NCBI GenBank assembly: GCA_049324475.1
Contig: JBMOOO010000001.1
Coordinates: forward strand, 116,223-180,222
Source: Pseudomonadota bacterium
Lineage (GTDB): Bacteria; Pseudomonadota; Gammaproteobacteria; Pseudomonadales; JADFDG01
Direction: 5' to 3'
Length of the DNA: 64,000 bases
Shown: positions 45,799 through 54,838 of the stretch, one piece after another
How the letters are laid out: each line of letters begins with the position of its first letter
How positions within the stretch are numbered: position 1 is the first letter of the stretch
Notes under the pieces: model-generated
Databases searched by the model: none
What the model saw: only the letters and a program-made list of their open reading frames with translations
What the model was told of the DNA's origin: nothing
Translations under genes and position numbers: made by a program

Positions 45799-46211
45799 GC
45801 TGCATTGCCTCCACGCAATCCCCACAGGGTAAGACCGACCGCCACCAGCGACACGATGCCGACGGTGCCGAGCAGGAACAGCACGGCGAGTTCCGCGGCC
45901 TGCGGGCCGATGGCGCCGGCCGCGGCCAGCGGCGTCGTTTTGCCGGCGCCGAACACGGCACCCACCAGCGAACCGAACCAGTTGGCGTAGCCGGCGTACA
46001 GCCACGACCAGCACATGGCCTTGCTGCCGCCCGCGGTGAGTTTGATGTGCGGCCAGACGATGCCGGCCAGCACCATCATGATCGCGCCCATGATGCCGGC
46101 CGTGTGTGCCGAAAGGCCGAGGCGTGGCAGGGCCAGCACGGGTATGAAAAAGGCCGACAGCAGCGACAGCAGGAACAGGATGTAGCCGTGGCGTATCAGG
46201 CTGAGGTTCAT
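45795..46211 (-). CDS. Small 4-TM membrane protein (hydroxylaminobenzene-mutase-like family; weak recall)
   Basis: MNLSLIRHGYILFLLSLLSAFFIPVLALPRLGLSAHTAGIMGAIMM... Four hydrophobic segments. Confidence 0.55.
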   Translation of the reverse strand: MNLSLIRHGYILFLLSLLSAFFIPVLALPRLGLSAHTAGIMGAIMMVLAGIVWPHIKLTAGGSKAMCWSWLYAGYANWFGSLVGAVFGAGKTTPLAAAGAIGPQAAELAVLFLLGTVGIVSLVAVGLTLWGLRGGNAA

Positions 46212-46248
46212 GGAGGCTCCCGGGCCATGAGGGTGCCCCGATGGTAAA

Positions 46249-46701
46249 TCAGCCGAGGTGTTTTCTCAGGTTCCGGTGACGGTGGGTAAAGAACGCCCGC
46301 ACGATGCGCTGTGTCAGCCGGCCGGCCAGCCGCGGCTCGAAGGTGAGCGTGTCCGTGACGATGCAGCCCGCACCGCTGGCCACGATGCGCCGCTCATGGC
46401 GCCAGTGTTTCATGCTGCCCATGGGCGACTGCTCGATGAAACCGCTGCCTTCGTCCAGGCTCAGCAGCGTGAGGTCCGAGTAGTCGACGGGGATCACGCC
46501 GAACAGCGTGATCCGGCTGCGGAACAGACGCTGGCCGGGCACGATCCGCACGTCGGTCAGGTTGCGCACGCCGCGCGGTGCCGACATGCGCATCCAGGGC
46601 GACATTTCCTTGCCGATACCGTCCATCGACGTGATCCACTCCCAGGCGCGGTCAGCAGGAACGCGCAGCGGCGACGAGAACTCCAGCGTGTATCGGCTCA
46701 T
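46249..46701 (-). CDS. SRPBCC (START/polyketide-cyclase-like) family protein
   Basis: ATG at 46701 (MSRYTLEFSSPLRVPADRAWEWI). Length and pattern are typical of the SRPBCC ligand-binding fold. Confidence 0.65.
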   Translation of the reverse strand: MSRYTLEFSSPLRVPADRAWEWITSMDGIGKEMSPWMRMSAPRGVRNLTDVRIVPGQRLFRSRITLFGVIPVDYSDLTLLSLDEGSGFIEQSPMGSMKHWRHERRIVASGAGCIVTDTLTFEPRLAGRLTQRIVRAFFTHRHRNLRKHLG

Positions 46702-46759
46702 GACGGTGGCCCGGGCAGTGGCGGAGTGCCGATGTTGCAACCCGGGGGCAGGGCAGGGG

Positions 46760-47092
46760 TCAAGCGGTCAGCAGCTCCAGCAGCTCCAGCGGGTCCACCA
46801 TCTCGCCCTGCTCGTCGCCGGTGAAATTGATGCCGACCCACGCCGCTTCCTCGTCGAGCGCCGGCAGCCAGTCGCGGATGAAATTGCCGAGATCGAGCTC
46901 GGTGGCCTCGAAGCCCGCCCACTCGCCGACCGCACAGCGGCGTGCGGAAGCTTCGTCTGCCCACACCGGCATCGCTTCGGTGCCGTCTTCCGGATCCTCG
47001 TGCATCGCCCAGGCGTCGTCGGCGTTTTTCAGGGACCAGAGGCTGCCCCGGGATTTGATGCAGGAGGCGAATTCTTCGAGGGTTCTCGTCAT
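46760..47092 (-). CDS. DUF2750-family protein
   Basis: Pattern: ...WSLKNADDAWAM...MPVWADEASARRC...FIRDWLPALDEEAAWVGINFTG. The start is ATG 47092, or possibly GTG 47104. Confidence 0.65.
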   Translation of the reverse strand: MTRTLEEFASCIKSRGSLWSLKNADDAWAMHEDPEDGTEAMPVWADEASARRCAVGEWAGFEATELDLGNFIRDWLPALDEEAAWVGINFTGDEQGEMVDPLELLELLTA

Positions 47093-47105
47093 TCGTTCAG
47101 TCACC

Positions 47106-47136
47106 GTAAAAAATAAAGGCGGCCCGAAGGCCGCCC
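47106..47136 (-). terminator. Rho-independent terminator downstream of nrdB
   Basis: The minus strand reads GGCGGCCTTCGGGCCGCCTTTATTTTTT. Confidence 0.75.
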
Positions 47137-47205
47137 CCGTCGTGCTACCCGCACGTCGAAAAGTGGGCCCGTTGGCGCGGGCCCGGAAAAACGTTTACCT
47201 GCGTC

Positions 47206-48558
47206 TTACCAGCTGAGGGCTCCGCCGGTCTGGTACTCGGTGACCCGGGTTTCGAAGAAGTTCTTCTCTTTCCGCAGGTCCATGATCTCGCTCATCCACG
47301 GGAACGGGTTCTGCGCGCCCGGGAATTGCTCTTTCAGGCCCAGCTGGGCAAGGCGGCGGTTGGCGATGAACTGGAGGTATTCCTCCATCATGGCCGCGTT
47401 CATGCCCAGCACGCCGCGCGGCATGGTGTCGCGCGCGTACTGGATCTCCAGCTCGGTGCCTTCCAGGATCATCTGGGTGGCCTTGTCCTGCATCTCGGCA
47501 TCCCACAGGTGCGGGTTCTCGAGCTTGATCTGGTTGATCATGTCGACGCCGAAGTTCACGTGCATGGACTCGTCGCGCAGGATGTACTGGAACTGCTCGG
47601 CGACGCCGGTCATCTTGTTGCGGCGGCCCATCGACAGGATCTGGGTGAAGCCGCAGTAGAAGAAGATGCCTTCCAGCACGCAGTAGAACGCGATCAGGTT
47701 CTGCAGCAGCTGCTTGTCGGTCTCCACGGTGCCGGTGGTGAATTCCGGGTTGGAGATCTCGCGCGTGTACTGGATGCCCCAGCTGGCCTTTTTGGCCACC
47801 GCCGGAACCTCGTGGTACATGTTGAAGATCTCGCCCTCGTCCATGCCCAGCGACTCGATGCAGTACTGGTAGGCGTGGGTGTGGATCGCCTCTTCGAACG
47901 ACTGGCGCAGGATGTACTGGCGGCATTCCGGGTTGGTGATCAGCCGGTAGATGGCCAGCACGAGGTTGTTCGCCACCAGCGAGTCGGCGGTGGAGAAGAA
48001 GCCCAGCGAACGCTTGACGATGCGGCGCTCGTCCTCGGAGAGGCCTTCCGGCGTCTTCCACAGGCCGATGTCGGCGTTCATGTTCACTTCCTGCGGCATC
48101 CAGTGGTTGGCGCAGCCGTCCAGGTACTTCTGCCACGCCCAGTCGTACTTGAACGGTACGAGCTGGTTGAGGTCGGCGCGGCAGTTGATCATCCGCTTCT
48201 CGTCGACGGCGACGCGGTGCGCCTTGCCCTGCATCTCGGCGGCGCCTGCGCCGGCATCCATCTGCGCGACGGCCGCGCGTGCGCGGTCGATGGCGCTGCC
48301 GGTCGGCTGCGTCCACGGCTGTTTGGGCGCCGCCGGCTTCGGCGCGGCCGGTTTGGCGGCCGCGGGCTGGGCGGCGCTCAGGCCGGCGCGTTCAGGTGCT
48401 CGCTCTCCTGCAGCAGGAACTGCCGCTGCCGGTGCCGTTGCTGCTGGCGTTGCTGTTTGCGCAGCCGGAGGCGGCGCGAATGGACGCGCAGGGGCTTTTT
48501 CGTCGGCATGGAAGTCATCCCAGTTCAGCATGTGTCCCTCGTACTTCTTCTCGCTCAT
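47206..48558 (-). CDS. nrdB: Class Ia ribonucleotide reductase beta subunit NrdB with ~100-aa Pro/Ala-rich N-terminal extension
   Basis: Ferritin-like R2 core ([29 protein letters not shown]). The C-terminal tail ends in [11 protein letters not shown]. The N-terminus [12 protein letters not shown] resembles Pseudomonas-type NrdB. Confidence 0.95.
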   Translation of the reverse strand: MSEKKYEGHMLNWDDFHADEKAPARPFAPPPAAQTATPAATAPAAAVPAAGERAPERAGLSAAQPAAAKPAAPKPAAPKQPWTQPTGSAIDRARAAVAQMDAGAGAAEMQGKAHRVAVDEKRMINCRADLNQLVPFKYDWAWQKYLDGCANHWMPQEVNMNADIGLWKTPEGLSEDERRIVKRSLGFFSTADSLVANNLVLAIYRLITNPECRQYILRQSFEEAIHTHAYQYCIESLGMDEGEIFNMYHEVPAVAKKASWGIQYTREISNPEFTTGTVETDKQLLQNLIAFYCVLEGIFFYCGFTQILSMGRRNKMTGVAEQFQYILRDESMHVNFGVDMINQIKLENPHLWDAEMQDKATQMILEGTELEIQYARDTMPRGVLGMNAAMMEEYLQFIANRRLAQLGLKEQFPGAQNPFPWMSEIMDLRKEKNFFETRVTEYQTGGALSW

Positions 48559-48593
48559 ATCGCTTGGTTATCGGCATCCGTGCGGGCATATCG

Positions 48594-51494
48594 TCACTGG
48601 CAGGCTTCGCAGTCCGGGTTGTCCAGCGAACAGGCCTTGGGTACGTCGGCGGCCTTGGTCATCTCCGCCGGCGCTTCCTCCACCGTGCTCTTCACGCGGT
48701 TGAGGCGGTTGTCGTTGATGGTGGACTTCTCGGTCTGCGTCGCCGCGATGGCGCGCAGGTAATAGGTCGTCTTCAGGCCCAGCAGCCACGCCATCTTGTA
48801 GGTGATGTCGAGCTTCTTGCCGTTGGCCTGGTCGATGTACAGGTTCAGCGACTGCGCCTGGTCGATCCACTTCTGGCGGCGGCTCGCGGCCTCCACCAGC
48901 CAGCGCGGCTCGACTTCGAACGCGGTGCGGAACAGTTCCTTCAGGTCGTCCGGGATGCGGTCGATCTTCTGTACCGAGCCGTCGTAGTACTTCAGGTCGT
49001 TGACCATCACGTTGTCCCACAGGCCGCGGCTCTTCAGCTCGCGGACCAGGTACGGGTTCACCACGGTGAACTCGCCGGACAGGTTCGACTTCACGTACAG
49101 GTTCTGGAAGGTCGGTTCGATCGACTGGTTGACGCCGGTGATGTTGGAGATCGTCGCCGTCGGCGCGATCGCCATCACGTTGGAGTTGCGCATGCCGACG
49201 GTCTGCACGCGGGCGCGCAGCTTGTTCCAGTCCATCGTCTTGCTGCGGTCGACCTTGAGGTACTGCTCGCCGCGCTCGCGGGCGAGGATCTCGATGGAGT
49301 CGATCGGCAGGATGCCCTTGCTCCACAGCGAACCTTCATACGACTCGTACGCGCCGCGCTCTTCCGCCAGTTCGGTGGACGCCTGGATGGCGAAGTAGCT
49401 GATCGCCTCCATCGAGCGGTCGGCGAACTCCACGGCCTTGTCGGAGGCGTACGGGATGCGCTGGATGTGCAGCGCGTCCTGGAAGCCCATGATGCCCAGG
49501 CCCACCGGCCGGTGCTTCAGGTTGGACTTCCGGGCCTGCGGTACGGCGTAGTAGTTGATGTCGATCACGTTGTCGAGCATGCGCACGGCGGTGCGGACGG
49601 TCTTCTCGAGCTTCTTCAGGTCGAGGCCGCCTTCGGCCGTCACGTGGTTTTCCAGCGAGATCGAGCCGAGGTTGCACACGGCGATCTCGTCGTCGCTGGT
49701 GTTCAGCGTGATTTCCGTGCACAGGTTCGAGCTGTGGACCACGCCGCAGTGCTGCTGCGGGCTGCGCAGGTTGCACGGATCCTTGAAGGTGATCCACGGG
49801 TGGCCGGTTTCGAACAGCATCGACAGCATCTTGCGCCACAGGCCTTCGGCCTTGACGGTCTTGAACGGCTTGATCCTGCCTTCCGCCGCGAGTTTTTCGT
49901 ACTCGGCGTATTTCTTCTCGAAGGCGGCGCCGGTCAGGTCGTGCAGTTCCGGGCAGGTGGACGGCGAGAACAGGGTCCAGTCGGCACCCTCCATCACGCG
50001 CTTCATGAACAGGTCCGGAATCCAGTTCGCGGTGTTCATGTCGTGGGTGCGGCGGCGGTCGTCACCGGTGTTCTTGCGCAGCTCGAGGAATTCCTCGATG
50101 TCCAGGTGCCAGGTTTCCAGGTAGGCACACACGGCGCCCTTGCGCTTGCCGCCCTGGTTCACGGCCACGGCCGTGTCGTTGGCCACTTTCAGGAACGGGA
50201 CGACACCTTGCGACTTGCCGTTGGTGCCCTTGATGTAGGCGCCCAGCGAACGCACACGCGACCAGTCATTGCCCAGGCCGCCAGCCCACTTGGACAGCAT
50301 GGCGTTGTCGCGGATGGCGCTGTAGATGCCGTGCAGGTCGTCCGGCACCGTGGTGAGGTAGCAGCTCGACAGCTGGGAGAACAGAGTGCCGGCGTTGAAC
50401 AGCGTCGGCGTCGACGACATGTAGTCGAAGCTCGACAGCAGGTTGTAGAACTCGATGGCGCGGCCTTCGCGGTCTTTTTCACGCAGCGCCAGCCCCATGG
50501 CCACGCGCATGAAGAAGATCTGCGGCAGTTCGAAGCGTACTTCGTTGCTGTGGATGAAGTAGCGGTCGTACAGCGTCTGCAGGCCGAGGTAGGTGAACTG
50601 CATGTCGCGCTCGGGCTTCAGTGCGCGCGCCAGTTTTTCCAGGTCGTACTCGGCCAGCTCCGGGGCCACCAGCTCCAGCTGGATGCCGCGGGCGATGTAG
50701 GTCGGGAACGCTTCCGGGTAGTAGCGCGCCATGTCCGCCTGGGTGGCGCGCTGGGCCACGCCGAGGAAGCCGAGTGCCTCGCTGCGCAGGTGATCCATCA
50801 GCAGGCGGGCGGTCACGAACGAATAGTTCGGATCCTGTTCGATCAGGGTGCGGGCGGTGATCACCATGGAGGTGTTCAGGTCGTCCTCGGACACGCCGTC
50901 GTACAGGTTCTTGATGGTTTCGTTGAGGATGCGCTGGGCATCGACCTCGGTCAGGCCGGCGCAGGCCTCGGCGATCACCGTCTCGATGCGGCCCATGTCC
51001 AGCGGCGCGCGGGTGCCGTCGGCCAGCGTGACCTGGATGTCGACCTTCTGCGCAGCGCGCGGGCGGTTGGTCTGGTCCTGGGCACGTTTCTGCGCCTGGC
51101 CTTCGCGGTACAGGACGTAGGCACGGGCGATTTTCTGCTCGCCGCCGCGCATCAGCGCCAGCTCGACCTGGTCCTGGATTTCCTCGATGTGCAGCGTGCC
51201 GCCGGACGGCAGACGACGCTTGAAGGTGGTGACCACCTGCTCGGTCAGGCGCGCCACGGTGTCGTGGATGCGGCTGGACGCGGCAGCGGTACCGCCTTCC
51301 ACGGCCAGGAAGGCCTTGGTCATGGCCACGGCGATCTTGTCGGCGTCGAAGGGCACCACGGTGCCGTTGCGCTTGATGATGCGCAGCTGGCCCGGTGCGG
51401 TGGCGGAGAGGGTGCTGGCGGCGGTGGCCGGGCGCTGGGCCGGTTGCGGGCTGGTGGTGCCCGCCTGGGTGTCGGTGCCGAGATCCGTGTGCAT
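48594..51494 (-). CDS. nrdA: Class Ia ribonucleotide reductase alpha subunit NrdA (N-terminal ATP-cone region)
   Basis: ATP-cone (IIKRNGTVVPFDADKI), catalytic motifs (NLCTEI, SNLSGEF) and C-terminal redox cysteines (CSLDNPDCEACQ). Confidence 0.95.
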   Translation of the reverse strand: MHTDLGTDTQAGTTSPQPAQRPATAASTLSATAPGQLRIIKRNGTVVPFDADKIAVAMTKAFLAVEGGTAAASSRIHDTVARLTEQVVTTFKRRLPSGGTLHIEEIQDQVELALMRGGEQKIARAYVLYREGQAQKRAQDQTNRPRAAQKVDIQVTLADGTRAPLDMGRIETVIAEACAGLTEVDAQRILNETIKNLYDGVSEDDLNTSMVITARTLIEQDPNYSFVTARLLMDHLRSEALGFLGVAQRATQADMARYYPEAFPTYIARGIQLELVAPELAEYDLEKLARALKPERDMQFTYLGLQTLYDRYFIHSNEVRFELPQIFFMRVAMGLALREKDREGRAIEFYNLLSSFDYMSSTPTLFNAGTLFSQLSSCYLTTVPDDLHGIYSAIRDNAMLSKWAGGLGNDWSRVRSLGAYIKGTNGKSQGVVPFLKVANDTAVAVNQGGKRKGAVCAYLETWHLDIEEFLELRKNTGDDRRRTHDMNTANWIPDLFMKRVMEGADWTLFSPSTCPELHDLTGAAFEKKYAEYEKLAAEGRIKPFKTVKAEGLWRKMLSMLFETGHPWITFKDPCNLRSPQQHCGVVHSSNLCTEITLNTSDDEIAVCNLGSISLENHVTAEGGLDLKKLEKTVRTAVRMLDNVIDINYYAVPQARKSNLKHRPVGLGIMGFQDALHIQRIPYASDKAVEFADRSMEAISYFAIQASTELAEERGAYESYEGSLWSKGILPIDSIEILARERGEQYLKVDRSKTMDWNKLRARVQTVGMRNSNVMAIAPTATISNITGVNQSIEPTFQNLYVKSNLSGEFTVVNPYLVRELKSRGLWDNVMVNDLKYYDGSVQKIDRIPDDLKELFRTAFEVEPRWLVEAASRRQKWIDQAQSLNLYIDQANGKKLDITYKMAWLLGLKTTYYLRAIAATQTEKSTINDNRLNRVKSTVEEAPAEMTKAADVPKACSLDNPDCEACQ

Positions 51495-51730
51495 GGTGTG
51501 CCCCGCGTGTATCAGTGAATTCGGTGGTCTGTGGTCTTGCCCGGCGGCCCCCAGGCCGGCCGGTCATTCGGGTAAAGCGGACCGGAACGGAAAACGACCG
51601 GTATTGACGACCCCAGGTCGCCAGCCGGCAGCTCGGTCAAAGTCCAGGAAGCAAAGCCAAGGGGAACAGTCGCAGTGCCCGGCGGAGCCCTTTCACACTG
51701 CCCGCTGGCCCCTTCACGACTCCTGCGCGA

Positions 51731-51746
51731 ACACAAGATGTAGTGG
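51731..51746. promoter_or_regulatory. NrdR-box-like palindrome D
   Basis: ACACAAGATGTAGTGG, compared with the recalled consensus acaCwAtATaTwGtgt. It lies 237 nt upstream of the nrdA ATG. Confidence 0.5.
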
Positions 51747-51865
51747 TCAGGCCCCGGTGGCTGTGCATGCCCGCTGCGCTCCCTGTTACCGTCACCGGCT
51801 CCTGTTTACAGGACGGTGCGGCCGCATGTCGTTGTTTTTCTGCGCTGTTCCCCGCGTGACCCATT

Positions 51866-51881
51866 CCTCAATATCTTGGGG
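51866..51881. promoter_or_regulatory. NrdR-box-like palindrome C (weaker)
   Basis: CCTCAATATCTTGGGG. Its centre is 32 bp from box B, which is the classic tandem spacing. Confidence 0.35.
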
Positions 51882-51897
51882 GTGGGCGTCGCGTGGA

Positions 51898-51913
51898 CCA
51901 CAAGATGTCTTAT
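51898..51913. promoter_or_regulatory. NrdR-box-like palindrome B (half-site strong)
   Basis: CCACAAGATGTCTTAT. It shares the CACAAGATGT half-site with boxes A and D. Confidence 0.4.
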
Positions 51914-52033
51914 CCAAAACGGAATTGCAAGCACCTGAAACTGTGTGTGGCCTGTGGACAGAGCGGGGGAAAACAGGGGGTAACCGGAGGGTTGGCAACC
52001 ACTCACCCTGCGGCCCTGCTGTGGCGACTACCT

Positions 52034-52049
52034 ACACTACATCTTGTGT
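52034..52049. promoter_or_regulatory. NrdR-box-like palindrome A
   Basis: ACACTACATCTTGTGT. This is the reverse complement of box D at 15 of 16 positions. Confidence 0.5.
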
Positions 52050-52172
52050 GTTGTCGGACACCGGCCCGGGGCCGGTTACACAACCGATACCGGCAGGCCG
52101 GGCCCGCCCGGCCGTGCACCGGCCGATTCGTTCTATGATTCCGCGACTTTTCATCGTGCCGGCCGTGCCGGC

Positions 52173-52943
52173 ATGTCCTTGCCCCGAATTTCCGGCCCGA
52201 CCGCACCGATGCAACCTGCCGACAACCGCCCGCGTGTACTGATCGTCGAGGATGACGAACGCCTGGCTGCCCTGACCCGCGAATACCTGTCCGCCAACGG
52301 CCTGGCCGTTTCGGTGGTGAACGACGGCCTGGCCGCCATCCAGCGCATCCGCGAGGAGAACCCGGATCTGGTGGTGCTGGACCTGATGCTGCCCGGCGCC
52401 GACGGTCTGGCCGTGTGCCGCGAGGTGCGCGGCGCCTTCAAGAACCCGATCCTGATGCTCACGGCCCGCACCGACGACATGGACCAGGTGCTCGGCCTGG
52501 AAATGGGCGCCGACGACTATGTGCCCAAGCCGGTGAAGCCGCGGGTGCTGCTGGCGCGCATCCGGGCCCTGCTGCGCCGGGTGGAAGGCGATGCCGAGGC
52601 GGCCGTGCCCGGCAATGCCGGCGGCGGCAACCGCCGGCTCGAATTCGGCGAGCTGGTGATCGACGATTCCGCGCGCGCGGTGCTGCTGGCCGGTACGCCG
52701 GTGGATCTCACCAGCGCCGAGTACGACCTGCTCTGGCTGCTGGCCTCGAACGCCGGGAAGATCCTGTCGCGCGAGGAAATCTTCGAACGCCTGCGCGGCA
52801 TTCCCTACGACGGCCAGGACCGTTCGATCGACGTGCGCATTTCCCGCATCCGCCCCAAGATCGGCGATGACCCGGAAAACCCGCGGCGTATCAAGACCGT
52901 CCGCAGCAAGGGTTACCTGTTCGTGCGTGACGCCCTGGTCTGA
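52173..52943 (+). CDS. OmpR/PhoB-family response regulator
   Basis: REC domain (RVLIVEDDERL...DLMLPGADG...KP) plus a winged-helix Trans_reg_C domain (LTSAEYDLLWLL...RISRIRPKI...IKTVRSKGY). The start is ATG 52173 or ATG 52209. Confidence 0.85.
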   Translation: MSLPRISGPTAPMQPADNRPRVLIVEDDERLAALTREYLSANGLAVSVVNDGLAAIQRIREENPDLVVLDLMLPGADGLAVCREVRGAFKNPILMLTARTDDMDQVLGLEMGADDYVPKPVKPRVLLARIRALLRRVEGDAEAAVPGNAGGGNRRLEFGELVIDDSARAVLLAGTPVDLTSAEYDLLWLLASNAGKILSREEIFERLRGIPYDGQDRSIDVRISRIRPKIGDDPENPRRIKTVRSKGYLFVRDALV

Positions 52944-52973
52944 GCACGGCGATCTGCAAGGGACCCTGCAGCC

Positions 52974-54623
52974 ATGAATTCGATCTTCCTGCGCATCTAC
53001 GGCGGCATGCTGGTGGCCATGATCCTGGTCGCCGGCATGGCCTGGGGCGTGGTGAAGGCGGTCAACGATTACCGCGAGGCGTCCTACAACGAGAAGATGC
53101 TGAGCGGCACGTTCTGGGCCATTGCCAACGGCACGTCGCGTTATCACGGCATCGAACGCGACAAATGGCTGCAACTGGTTTCCGCGATTGCCGGCCTCAA
53201 GCTCGAGCTGGTGCCCGAAGAGAGCATCGAGTTCGACAGCAAGGAGCGCGAGCGCCTGCGTGAGGGCCGCGTGCTGTTGCGCATTCTCGACAAGAGCGAG
53301 CCGGCCGACGTCTATATCCGGCTGCCGACCGAGCCGTTGTACGTACACACCAAGATCACCCACATTTCCGAGCAGCAGTGGCGTGCCACGGTGGTGCTGG
53401 TGCTGGACGAGCTGGGCCAGCATCCGGTGGCCGAGTGGGATGCCGTCATGGCCAATGTGCAGCAGCACTTCGGCTATCCGGTATCGCGGGTGAAAACGGC
53501 AGACGTGCAGCTGGACAAGGACCAGCGCGAGCGCCTGCTCAAGCGCGAGGTGGTGATCGCGTTGTCGGACGGGCCGTCCGGCGATTCCGGCATACGCGTG
53601 TATGCCGCCATCGGCAACACCGGCGACGTGCTCCTGCTCGGCCCGGTGCGCCAGCTGGACCTGCGGCCCTGGTCGCTGCTGGTGCCGCTGGGCATGCTTG
53701 GACTGTTCCTGATGGGCCTGGCCGCCTATCTGCTGGTGCGTTCGCTGGAAGTCCGCCTGAAGAAGCTGGAAAACGCCGTGCAGCAGGTGTCCGTGGGCAA
53801 TCTGTCGGTACGCGCGGAAGTGCGCGGTTCCGATGCGGTCGGCCAGCTTGCGGCCAGCTTCAACGGCATGACTGCGCACATCCAGCGCCTGATCCAGTCA
53901 CAGCGGGAAATGACACGCGCGGTGTCGCATGAGCTGCGCACGCCGGTGGCGCGCATCCGGTTCGGCCTGGAAATGCTGCCGGCGATCAGTGACCGGGAAG
54001 AACGCGAACTGAAAGTGGCGGAGATCGACCACGACATCGACCAGCTGGACCGGCTGATCGACGAGATCCTCACCTACGCCCGTCTGGAAGAAGGCATGCC
54101 GGTGATTGCCTGGGCGCCGGTGGACATGGCCGCCATTGCTGCACAGGTGCAGCGCGAGCTGCAGCCGATGGCCGGCCCGCTGGCCATCGACGTGAACGCG
54201 CCCGAGGAAGTGCTGGTCGATGGCGACGAGCGCTACCTGCACCGGGTGCTGCAGAACCTGGTCACCAATGCCATCCGCTATGCGCGTGCGCGCATCGTGG
54301 TGCATGTGCTGGTGCACGGGCAGGATCTGGAACTGGTGGTGGAGGACGACGGCCCCGGCATTCCGGACGGCGAGCGCGAGCGCGTGTTCAAACCGTTCGC
54401 GCGGCTGGATGACAGCCGTCACCGGGCGTCCGGCGGCTATGGCCTGGGCCTGTCGATCGTGCAGCGGATTGCCGAATGGCACGGTGGCCGGGTCTGGGTG
54501 GACCGGGCGGCGCTGGGCGGGGCGGCCTTCCACATGCGCTGGCCGCTGCACCGGGCCGGCGCCCATGTCCTGGCCCGGGCCGAGGACGAGCCGGTGCCGG
54601 GCCGGCCATTAACACGGGATTAA
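52974..54623 (+). CDS. Sensor histidine kinase (periplasmic domain-HAMP-HisKA-HATPase_c)
   Basis: Two TM segments, a HAMP region, the H-box VSHELRTPVARI, the N-box LVTNAIRYA, and the G-boxes DDGPGIP and GGYGLGLSIV. Confidence 0.9.
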   Translation: MNSIFLRIYGGMLVAMILVAGMAWGVVKAVNDYREASYNEKMLSGTFWAIANGTSRYHGIERDKWLQLVSAIAGLKLELVPEESIEFDSKERERLREGRVLLRILDKSEPADVYIRLPTEPLYVHTKITHISEQQWRATVVLVLDELGQHPVAEWDAVMANVQQHFGYPVSRVKTADVQLDKDQRERLLKREVVIALSDGPSGDSGIRVYAAIGNTGDVLLLGPVRQLDLRPWSLLVPLGMLGLFLMGLAAYLLVRSLEVRLKKLENAVQQVSVGNLSVRAEVRGSDAVGQLAASFNGMTAHIQRLIQSQREMTRAVSHELRTPVARIRFGLEMLPAISDREERELKVAEIDHDIDQLDRLIDEILTYARLEEGMPVIAWAPVDMAAIAAQVQRELQPMAGPLAIDVNAPEEVLVDGDERYLHRVLQNLVTNAIRYARARIVVHVLVHGQDLELVVEDDGPGIPDGERERVFKPFARLDDSRHRASGGYGLGLSIVQRIAEWHGGRVWVDRAALGGAAFHMRWPLHRAGAHVLARAEDEPVPGRPLTRD

Positions 54624-54779
54624 CAGAGCGCCCACACGCCGCGTACAGACCGGGACCGGCCCGGGGGGAATACTGGCGGCGTGTTGTCGGGGGTGGTTAT
54701 CGCGAGTTTCCGGCCCCGACAAGGCAAGTTTCATCGAAGGTCATCTCCCGCTTCCGTTGTTTTGCTTGAACCCCTGACA

Positions 54780-54808
54780 AGCCGGCTGGAAAGCCGGCTT
54801 TTTCTTTT
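54780..54808 (+). terminator. Rho-independent terminator ~155 nt after the kinase stop
   Basis: AGCCGGCT-ggaa-AGCCGGCTTTTTCTTTT. Confidence 0.7.
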
Positions 54809-54838
54809 CCGGGGTCCGGCGGGCCGGTCTCCGCGGGC

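Noticed and set aside
48279-51518. 1079-aa + strand ORF antisense to nrdA/nrdB. Similar antisense ORFs occur at 34757-36820, 25471-27201, 26688-28448, 52032-53879, 57182-58933 and 62478-63911.
   Set aside because: All lie opposite genes with strong family signatures, and all show Arg/Gly/Ala/His-rich nonsense composition. None has an RBS or recognisable motifs.
52044-52172. N-terminal extension of the response-regulator ORF back to 52044
   Set aside because: The extension overlaps NrdR-like box A and is Pro/Gly/Arg-rich. The REC domain begins right after the ATGs at 52173 and 52209.
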